64,000 bases of DNA from an uncultured delta proteobacterium (GTDB taxonomy: Bacteria; Myxococcota_A; UBA9160; SZUA-336), in contig CAVPHD010000003.1 in the NCBI GenBank assembly GCA_963704165.1, positions 192,001 to 256,000 on the forward strand. Direction: 5' to 3'. Made by a program: the position numbers and the translations under genes. Shown piece by piece: positions 1 to 6,903 of this stretch. Under the pieces are notes generated by a model, which ran no database searches, had not been told where the DNA came from, and saw only the letters and a program-made list of their open reading frames with translations. Each line of letters starts with the position of its first letter. The first letter of the stretch is position 1.

Positions 1-546
1 ATTCTGCGTGCGCGCCGCCTCCTTCGTCGACAGCCCCGCACCCTGTAGCGCGGCCGTCACGTGCTTGCCGAAGTCGATGGGCACGACCCGGTACGCCGCG
101 AGACTTCCATCCTCGAGCGGATTCGAGTCGTAACCGGCGAGCTGAAGATTCCTGGGCTTGAAGGCACCGATGTTGACGATCAGCAGCCCCCCCCGCCTCA
201 GATCGGGAAGGTTCGTGCGCAACGCCGCGGGATTCATCGCGACGAGCACGTCGGGCTCGTCTCCCGCGGTGAAGATCTCCTTCGACGAGAACTGCAGCTG
301 GAATCCCGAGACGCCGGCGAGCGACCCCGCGGGTGCTCGGATTTCCGAGGGAAAGTCCGGAAACGTCGCGATGTCGTTTCCGTACAGCGCGGCGGTGCGC
401 GTGAACTCCGTGCCGGTCAGCTGCATGCCGTCGCCCGAGTCGCCGGCGAACCGGATCACGACCGAATCGAGTCGCGTCACCGGTCTTTCTGGATCTGATG
501 CTGCCTCGTCCGGGTGCCCGTTCGCGTTTGCCTGCTGGTCTTCCAT
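1..546 (-). CDS. korA: 2-oxoacid:ferredoxin oxidoreductase alpha subunit (N-terminal part; runs off the window)
   Basis: Manual translation from ATG 546: MEDQQ...VVIRFAGDSGDGMQLTG...FPDFPSEIRAPAGSLAGVSGFQLQFS..., the typical OFOR alpha N-terminus. Not in the ORF track because there is no stop in the window. Confidence 0.88.
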   Translation of the reverse strand, partial: MEDQQANANGHPDEAASDPERPVTRLDSVVIRFAGDSGDGMQLTGTEFTRTAALYGNDIATFPDFPSEIRAPAGSLAGVSGFQLQFSSKEIFTAGDEPDVLVAMNPAALRTNLPDLRRGGLLIVNIGAFKPRNLQLAGYDSNPLEDGSLAAYRVVPIDFGKHVTAALQGAGLSTKEAARTQN

Positions 547-705
547 GAGCGCTGCCGTGCTACTCCGCGACTTCGGTGGGGACCTGATGATACCCGCGCG
601 AGACCTGCCGACAACCGGCTGCGGCTCGGGTCGGGCGGCCCTCGCTTGAGGGCGCCATCCGCCGACGTGTAGAGTGCGCCGCGAGCTTCAAGAGGGGAAT
701 CAACG

Positions 706-1869
706 GTGCGCGAAGTCTACATCATCGAGGCAGTGCGAAGTCCGATCGGCAAGCGCGGTGGAGGGCTTGCGGGCATGCACCCCGCCGACCTGCTCGGCAC
801 GGTGCAGAAGGCCGCGTTGGACCGCAGCGGAGTCGCCCCCGAGGCGATCGGCCAGGTGCTCGGCGGCTGCGTGTCGCAGGTCGGCGAGCAGACCTTCAAC
901 ATCGCCCGCCTCGCATGGCTCTCGAAGGGCCTGCCGATGGACGTCGCAGCGACCACGCTCGACGCGCAGTGCGGATCGAGCCAGCAGGCGACGACGCTCG
1001 CCACCGGCTTGGTCGGCTCCGGACTCGAAGACATCGTTCTCGCCTGCGGGCTCGAGATGATGAGCCGCGTGCCGCTCGGCGCGGCGATGAAGGGCGGCTC
1101 ACCGATCCCGAAGAGCTACCTCGAGCACTACCCGCTCTCCTCGCAGTTCGGCGGCGCGGAGATGATCGGCAACGAGTACGGCATCACGCGCGAGGACACC
1201 GATCGCTTCGGCCTGCGCAGCCAGGAGCTCGCGGCGCGCGCGTGGGAGGAGAAGCGCTTCGAACGCGAGGTGATTCCGATCGCAGCCCCCGGAATCGATC
1301 CGGAAGGCAAACCGACCGGCGACGTCGTGCGCGTGGTTCGCGACGAGGGTCTGCGCAAGACCTCGCTCGAGAAGCTCGCGTCGCTCGCGCCCGTGCCCGG
1401 ACAGAACCTGCACACCGCGGGAACGTCGTCGCAGGTCAGCGACGGTGCAGCCGCGCTGATCCTGGCGTCCGCGGACGGCGTGAAGCGTCTAGGGGTGAAG
1501 CCACGCGCGCGCATCGTCGACTCGGTGCTCGTCGGATGCGATCCCGTGACCATGCTGAAGGGACCGATCCCTGCGACGCAGAAGGTGCTCGGCCGCGCGG
1601 GACTGAAGATCGAGGAGATGTCGGTCTACGAGGTGAACGAGGCGTTCGCGTCGGTCGTGCTCGCGTGGATGAAGGCGTGCAAGCCGGTCGAGGAGCGCGT
1701 GAATCCGAACGGCGGCGCAATCGCGCTCGGTCATCCCACGGGCTGCACCGGCGCGAGGTTGATCACGTCGGCGCTCCACGAACTGGAGCGAACGGGCGGC
1801 CGCTATGGCCTGGTCAGCATGTGCTGCGGCGGGGGCCTCGGCACCGGCACGATCATCGAGCGCCTCTAG
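706..1869 (+). CDS. Acetyl-CoA C-acyltransferase (thiolase), FadA5/steroid 3-ketoacyl-CoA thiolase-like
   Basis: QCGSSQQA catalytic Cys, NEAF, GAIALGHP and CCGGGLG motifs; RBS-like AGAGGGG upstream. Confidence 0.93.
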   Translation: MREVYIIEAVRSPIGKRGGGLAGMHPADLLGTVQKAALDRSGVAPEAIGQVLGGCVSQVGEQTFNIARLAWLSKGLPMDVAATTLDAQCGSSQQATTLATGLVGSGLEDIVLACGLEMMSRVPLGAAMKGGSPIPKSYLEHYPLSSQFGGAEMIGNEYGITREDTDRFGLRSQELAARAWEEKRFEREVIPIAAPGIDPEGKPTGDVVRVVRDEGLRKTSLEKLASLAPVPGQNLHTAGTSSQVSDGAAALILASADGVKRLGVKPRARIVDSVLVGCDPVTMLKGPIPATQKVLGRAGLKIEEMSVYEVNEAFASVVLAWMKACKPVEERVNPNGGAIALGHPTGCTGARLITSALHELERTGGRYGLVSMCCGGGLGTGTIIERL

Positions 1870-1896
1870 CCCCTCCGAGCGCGGAGCCGGCGCGCG

Positions 1897-3516
1897 CTAC
1901 GCGTAGCGATTCGCCGCGAACTCCTGCGCGCTCTTGTAGTCCGCCTTTCCGTTGGGCGCGCGGAACATCGCGGGTACCGCGAAGACGCGCTTCGGAAGCT
2001 TGTACGCCGCGAGCCGCTCGCGCGTGTGGGCGCGAAGCTTCTCCTCGTCGAGGATCGCGCCGTTGCGGAGCTGCACGACCGCTGCGACGGCGTTGCCCCA
2101 GCGGTCGTCGGGAACGCCGACCACGAGCGCGTCCTCGACGTCGGGGTGGGTCTTCAGCGCCTCCTCGACCTCCTCGGGGTAGATCTTCTCGCCCGCGGAG
2201 TTGATGCACGCGCTTCCGCGTCCGAGCAGCGTCAGCGTGCCATCGGTCTCGACCGTGCACCAATCGCCGGGAATCGAGTAGCGAACGCCGCCGATCGTCG
2301 GGAACGTCTTCTCGCTCTTCTCCGGATCCTTCCAGTACCCGACGGGGATCGGTCCGCTTCGCGCGATGAAACCCTTCTCGCCGCTTCCCGGCGCGACTTC
2401 ACGGTGATCCTCGCTGAAGACCTTGCAGCGCTCGCCGATCGTGAACTTCGCGGTCTTCACCTCGCCCGCAGCGGTCATGATCGAGGAGCCGAAGCCGACC
2501 GCCTCCGACGAGCCGAACGAGTCCGTGAGGATCATGCCGGGGTTGTGGCGCAAGAGGCCCTTCTTCACCTCGGTGCTCCACATCACGCCGGAGGAGACGA
2601 TCACCTTCACCGACGAGATGTCCCAGCGCCCCGGGTCCTCGTCGAGCGCGTTCAGCATCGGCTTCGCGAACGCGTCGCCGACGATCACGAGCGAGTTCAC
2701 CTGATGACGCTGAACGGTGTCATAGAGCTCGGCGGGGTCGAACCTGTGCCCCGGGGTGGTGACGATGCAACCGCCGGCGGTGATCGTCCCGATCGCCGTG
2801 AAGAGTCCCGTTCCGTGCATCAGCGGGCAGCACGGGATCTGCTTCGAGAGCGGCCCCGCCTTCACCACGTTCGAGACGTGCTCTGCGAGCGTCTCGGGCG
2901 CGACGCCGCCGTTCGCCGGCGCGTTCGCACCCGCGGCGAGCGCGTGCCAGAGGTCGTTCGCGGCCCACATCACGCCCTTCGGCATGCCGGTCGTCCCGCC
3001 GGTGTACAGGAAGAGCAGATCCTTCCCGTCGCGCGGAATCCCGAGCGCGCGCCCGTTGCCGGAGGTCGCGAGGGATTCGTAGGGGATCGCGAAGTCCAGC
3101 AGCTCTCCGCCGACCTGCACCCAGGTGGTCACCTTCGGGAGGCGCGCGTGCAGCTTCGCGACCCGGTCCGCGAACTCACCGTCGAAGACGACCACCTTCG
3201 CGTCGGAGTTGTCGAAGATGTACCAGAGCTCCTCGTCGAGGTAGCGGTAGTTCACGTTCACGTGCACGAGCCGCGCCTTGAAGCACGCCGCCAGCGTCTC
3301 GACGTATTCGGGACGGTTGCGCAGGTAGAAGCCGACCTTGTCGTCGGCCGTCCCGCCGCGCGCGAGAAGCTGCGCGGCGAGGTTGTTCGAGCGGCGCGCG
3401 AATTCGCTCCACGTCGTGACGACGTCGCCGTGGATCAGCGCGGGCGCGTCCGAGGCGTAATCCGCGTCGAGCGCGTCGAGGATGTCGCCGAGGTTCCAGT
3501 TCGGGGCCGTGGGCAT
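1897..3516 (-). CDS. Acyl-CoA synthetase (AMP-binding), FadD19-like
   Basis: YTGGTTGMPKG, VNVNYRY, DSFGSSE, GRGSACINSAGEKIYPEEVE, NGKADY motifs; start set at MPTAPNWN after a GGAGG RBS. Confidence 0.92.
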   Translation of the reverse strand: MPTAPNWNLGDILDALDADYASDAPALIHGDVVTTWSEFARRSNNLAAQLLARGGTADDKVGFYLRNRPEYVETLAACFKARLVHVNVNYRYLDEELWYIFDNSDAKVVVFDGEFADRVAKLHARLPKVTTWVQVGGELLDFAIPYESLATSGNGRALGIPRDGKDLLFLYTGGTTGMPKGVMWAANDLWHALAAGANAPANGGVAPETLAEHVSNVVKAGPLSKQIPCCPLMHGTGLFTAIGTITAGGCIVTTPGHRFDPAELYDTVQRHQVNSLVIVGDAFAKPMLNALDEDPGRWDISSVKVIVSSGVMWSTEVKKGLLRHNPGMILTDSFGSSEAVGFGSSIMTAAGEVKTAKFTIGERCKVFSEDHREVAPGSGEKGFIARSGPIPVGYWKDPEKSEKTFPTIGGVRYSIPGDWCTVETDGTLTLLGRGSACINSAGEKIYPEEVEEALKTHPDVEDALVVGVPDDRWGNAVAAVVQLRNGAILDEEKLRAHTRERLAAYKLPKRVFAVPAMFRAPNGKADYKSAQEFAANRYA

Positions 3517-3605
3517 CTGAGATTCCTCCGAGGGAGCGCGGATGATACCCGAAACGCCCTGGGGCCCGATGACGGGATGGCTTCGATCCTCCCGCTGACG
3601 CGCGG

Positions 3606-4223
3606 TCAGCGGACCGGATCGGCGCCGAGCGGTCCGACGGTGGTCTCGACCACCGTGCGCAGGAAACGCGCGATCTGCTCGGGTGAGCGCCCCGCGAATT
3701 TCATCTGCGCGACGGCGGGCGCGATGGCGATGATCATGCGCGCGTCCTCCTCGGCATCGACGCTCGAGGGGACCGTGCCCTCCGCCTTGCCGCGCTCGAC
3801 GATGCGCGCGACTCGATCGGTCAGGCGATCCTGAAATGCGACGAAGCGAGGCCAGAGCTCGTCGCCGATCGCCGCGCTGCACTCGAGCCAGATTCGAGCG
3901 TACTCGGGGTGGGCGTCGATCGATTCCTCGAACGACGTCGCGAGTGCGAGCAATACACGCGGAGCCGGCCGATCGAGGGCGAGCGTCCGATCGACCATCG
4001 CGAGGAAGAACCGCTCGACCTCGTCGAGGACCGCCGTCACGAGCGCCGCCCGGGTCGGGAAGTAGACGAACACGGTGGAGACCGCGACGCCGCTCTGGCG
4101 GGCGATCTCCGCGTGCCGTCCCGCAGCGATCCCGCGTCGTCCGAAGACCTGGATCGCACAGGCGAGGAGCTGGGCTCGGCGGGCCTCAGGATCGAGACGG
4201 GATGCACGGGCTCGCTTCGCCAT
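3606..4223 (-). CDS. TetR-family regulator, HapR/SmcR/LuxR(Vibrio)-like
   Basis: HTH RLDPEARRAQLL..VFGRRGIAAGRHAEIA..VAVSTVFVYFPTR and C-terminal IWLECSAAIGDELWPRFV, which parallel HapR segments as recalled (GHADIA..VSVATVFNYFPTR; VWFEWSASTRDEVWPLFV). Alternative start 4238. Confidence 0.85.
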   Translation of the reverse strand: MAKRARASRLDPEARRAQLLACAIQVFGRRGIAAGRHAEIARQSGVAVSTVFVYFPTRAALVTAVLDEVERFFLAMVDRTLALDRPAPRVLLALATSFEESIDAHPEYARIWLECSAAIGDELWPRFVAFQDRLTDRVARIVERGKAEGTVPSSVDAEEDARMIIAIAPAVAQMKFAGRSPEQIARFLRTVVETTVGPLGADPVR

Positions 4224-4244
4224 CGGGATCCCGACCATAAAAAC

Positions 4245-4264
4245 TATTGACAGACTTCTCAATT
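4245..4264. promoter_or_regulatory. Putative TetR operator 1, overlapping a TTGACA -35 hexamer (4247-4252)
   Basis: TATTGACA-GACT-TCTCAATT, an imperfect 8-4-8 inverted repeat in an AT-rich divergent intergenic gap. Confidence 0.6.
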
Positions 4265-4278
4265 GAGCGGATAAGATT

Positions 4279-4298
4279 TATTGATAATGCTATCAGTA
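4279..4298. promoter_or_regulatory. Putative TetR operator 2 (LuxR/SmcR-box-like palindrome)
   Basis: TATTGATA-ATGC-TATCAGTA, an 8-4-8 inverted repeat with one mismatch. Confidence 0.7.
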
Positions 4299-4324
4299 GT
4301 GTTCGACCCAATATCGGAGGATCC

Positions 4325-5515
4325 ATGGCCGACTCGGTGAGAATCCACGAACTGCCGACGCTCCCGACCGACATCCCGCTGCACGACGCGGAGCTCTCGC
4401 ACTACGAGGACCGCTACCGCGGCGACCTTCGCCGCTGGTCCGAGATCCTGCAGCGCAACGCGGAGCGCATGAAGGCGGGAAAGTACTCGCTCCACTGGCT
4501 CGAGCAGGACGGTCCGAACTGGGGCCGCCGGGCGAAGCCCTCCTCGCGCGGCCTCACCTACACCGACATCAACCAGGTGCCCGGGTACGGCGACGTGCCC
4601 GCGGTCGCCGACTGGCTGAACTTCGCGCCGCGCGGCTCGGTGCGCGAACCGTATCGCGCCGACATGCCGACGGTCGACGACTACACCGTGCTCGACGGGC
4701 GCGAGCTCTGGGCCGAGAACGTGATCACGCTCTACGAAGAGGCGAAGGCGCGCCAGTGGAACGCGACGCGCGACATCGAGTGGAAGGAGCTCGAAAAGCT
4801 CCCCGACGATCTCGAGAAGGCGACCTGCCAGCTCTACACGTTCCTGACCGAGGTCGAATTCGTCGCCGGCGACTTCCCGGCCAAGTGGCTGGTGCGCATC
4901 CCGCAGGACTTCTTCGAGGTGAAGAGCTTCCTCACCACGCAGATCATGGACGAGGCGCGGCATCAGGAGGTCTTCCGCAAGCGCGCGATCGCGGGCGGCG
5001 GCCTGCGGCACTCCTCACCCGGCTTCGAGTGGGCGCTGAAGGCGATCCTCGACGCGCCGACGCACACGATGGGAACGTTCCTGCTGAACGTGCTCGGCGA
5101 GGGCCTCGTGCTCTCCGTGTTCCGCTCCGGCGAGATGATCGCCAAGACGCACGTCGACAAGGAGATCTTCCGACGCTGCCTGCAGGACGAGGCCCGCCAC
5201 GTCTCGTACGGCGTGATGCAGCTCAAGTGGTATCTCGATCACCACTCCGATCGCGCCGGAGCGCTCGAGGAGCTGCACCGCTTCGCCGACGTCGGCGAGC
5301 AGGTGATCCTGACCGCCTTCACCGAGTCCGCGCTGGTGGAGCCGCTCGCCGTGCTGCTCGGCGGCGGGCTCGACAAGATCGACCAGGGGATGCAGGGCTT
5401 CACCAAGCTCTGGTCGATGTTCATGGAGGAGTATCTGCAGCGCTGCGAGCGCGCGGGCTTCGATCGACGCGGTCGCATCAAGCTGCCGATCACCGCGCCG
5501 TGGGGAGGACGCTGA
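4325..5515 (+). CDS. Ferritin-like diiron-carboxylate protein (putative oxygenase/hydroxylase)
   Basis: Two DEARH (ExxH) motifs, each preceded by a helix Glu (LTEVEF; VLGEG); GGAGG RBS before ATG 4325. Confidence 0.85.
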   Translation: MADSVRIHELPTLPTDIPLHDAELSHYEDRYRGDLRRWSEILQRNAERMKAGKYSLHWLEQDGPNWGRRAKPSSRGLTYTDINQVPGYGDVPAVADWLNFAPRGSVREPYRADMPTVDDYTVLDGRELWAENVITLYEEAKARQWNATRDIEWKELEKLPDDLEKATCQLYTFLTEVEFVAGDFPAKWLVRIPQDFFEVKSFLTTQIMDEARHQEVFRKRAIAGGGLRHSSPGFEWALKAILDAPTHTMGTFLLNVLGEGLVLSVFRSGEMIAKTHVDKEIFRRCLQDEARHVSYGVMQLKWYLDHHSDRAGALEELHRFADVGEQVILTAFTESALVEPLAVLLGGGLDKIDQGMQGFTKLWSMFMEEYLQRCERAGFDRRGRIKLPITAPWGGR

Positions 5516-5516
5516 G

Positions 5517-5981
5517 ATGGCCGACACGATCCGATTCCCGTCGGTAGAGTGGTTTCAGCGCCTCGCGCTCCTGATGCACGAGAGCCGCACGCGCCAGATC
5601 CAGCTCGGCTACGTCGATTGCACGGTGCTCTTCACCGTGACCGACGGAGGCACGGGCGGTCGCCCTTGGTCCGCGCTCGTCACGTTCGAGGAGTTCGACG
5701 CGATCGATGTGCGCGAGGCCAGCGCGGCCGATGCCGCGCGCGCGGACTTCGCGCTCGAAGCGACGCTCGCGACCTGGCGCGAGATGATCGAGAGCATCGC
5801 CGCGGGCGGCGGGCGGCCCGACCTCGACCACACGCTGAACCGGCTGTCGCACCTCGGTTCACCGCTGCGGGTGAGCTCGGACGACGTGCTCAAGACGGAC
5901 CTCTACTTCCGCTTCAATCAGAGCCTGCAGGAGTTCGTCAACGCGTCGGCGGCGTTCCGCACCCAGATCGCGAGTCCGTAG
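5517..5981 (+). CDS. Hypothetical protein, SCP2 (sterol carrier)-like fold
   Basis: N-terminal FPSVEWF and ADFALEATLATWREMI are typical of bacterial SCP2-like proteins; starts 1 nt after the diiron gene stop, with a GGAGG RBS. Confidence 0.65.
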   Translation: MADTIRFPSVEWFQRLALLMHESRTRQIQLGYVDCTVLFTVTDGGTGGRPWSALVTFEEFDAIDVREASAADAARADFALEATLATWREMIESIAAGGGRPDLDHTLNRLSHLGSPLRVSSDDVLKTDLYFRFNQSLQEFVNASAAFRTQIASP

Positions 5982-5992
5982 GACCCACGGCG

Positions 5993-6274
5993 GTGGCGCG
6001 CAGCGGCCACTTCTACATCGACGAGACCTGCATCGGCTGCGGGGCGTGCGAGCACGCCTGTCCGGGAAAGGTCGACGCGATCTATCCGGTCGCGGACGAC
6101 TTCCTCGGCCGCTTCGCGATCGTGCTCGAGAGCTGCATCGACTGCGGCAAGTGCACTCCGCTTTGCCCGGTGGCCTGCATCCACGACGCGCGGAGCGAGG
6201 GGATCGTCGCGGGCGCCGGCGGTTACACGCGCATCCGGGAGCTCCAGGCCTGGGCCAAGGAGCGGATCGGTTAG
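5993..6274 (+). CDS. 2x[4Fe-4S] dicluster ferredoxin
   Basis: CIGCGACEHACP and CIDCGKCTPLCP; GTG start at 5993 inside track ORF 5549..6274. Confidence 0.88.
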   Translation: MARSGHFYIDETCIGCGACEHACPGKVDAIYPVADDFLGRFAIVLESCIDCGKCTPLCPVACIHDARSEGIVAGAGGYTRIRELQAWAKERIG

Positions 6275-6879
6275 CCGCGCCCGGCTCGGCGGGGCGCCTC
6301 GAGATGCGCGACCTCGTTCAGCGCGACGATGCTTCGCTCACCCGACGAGGCCGCGGCGAAACGGTTGATGCTCGTGTAGTCGGGCTGGAAGAAGAGCTGC
6401 CGGGCCGCGCCAAGGACATGGGCCGCAAAGACGTTGATGACGCCGCCGTGGCAGAAGACCGCGACCCGGCGTCCGCGATGCCGCGCGATGCACGCGTCGA
6501 GCGCCGAGCGCACCTCGGCGACGAAGACCTCGATCGGCACGCCTTCGCCGTAGCCGTTCTCCATGAATGCCCTCCAGGCCGGGTAGTCGGTCCGCTTCAG
6601 CTCTTCGAGCGGGACGTAGAGGGCGCTGTCGCGGTCGAACTCCGCCACGCGAGGCTCGATCTCGACCTCGAGGCCCAAGGCCTCGGCCAGCGGCGCGGCG
6701 GTCTCGCGCGCCCGAAGCAAAGGGCTGGCGACGATGTGGTCGATGGACTCGTGCGCGAGCCAGTGCGCGACGGCCTCGGCCTGGGCCCGCCCCTGCGGCG
6801 CGAGCGGCGGGTCGGCCGGCCGGCCATCGTCGCGTTCGACGCGCAGGGGCAATCCGTGACGAATGAGCAGCAAGTCCAC
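6271..6879 (-). CDS. Histidine phosphatase (phosphoglycerate mutase) family protein
   Basis: LIRHG, SPLLRARETA and CHGGVI motifs. Confidence 0.9.
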   Translation of the reverse strand: MDLLLIRHGLPLRVERDDGRPADPPLAPQGRAQAEAVAHWLAHESIDHIVASPLLRARETAAPLAEALGLEVEIEPRVAEFDRDSALYVPLEELKRTDYPAWRAFMENGYGEGVPIEVFVAEVRSALDACIARHRGRRVAVFCHGGVINVFAAHVLGAARQLFFQPDYTSINRFAAASSGERSIVALNEVAHLEAPRRAGRG

Positions 6880-6903
6880 CGCGCGCCAGGATACCCGTAG
6901 AAG

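Noticed and set aside
61..649. Plus-strand ORFs 61..498 and 158..649
   Set aside because: They are antisense to the korA-like gene on the minus strand.
3606..4223. Vibrio-style quorum-sensing circuit
   Set aside because: No autoinducer synthase, LuxO/LuxU or Qrr-like elements are visible; the layout is that of a local divergent repressor.
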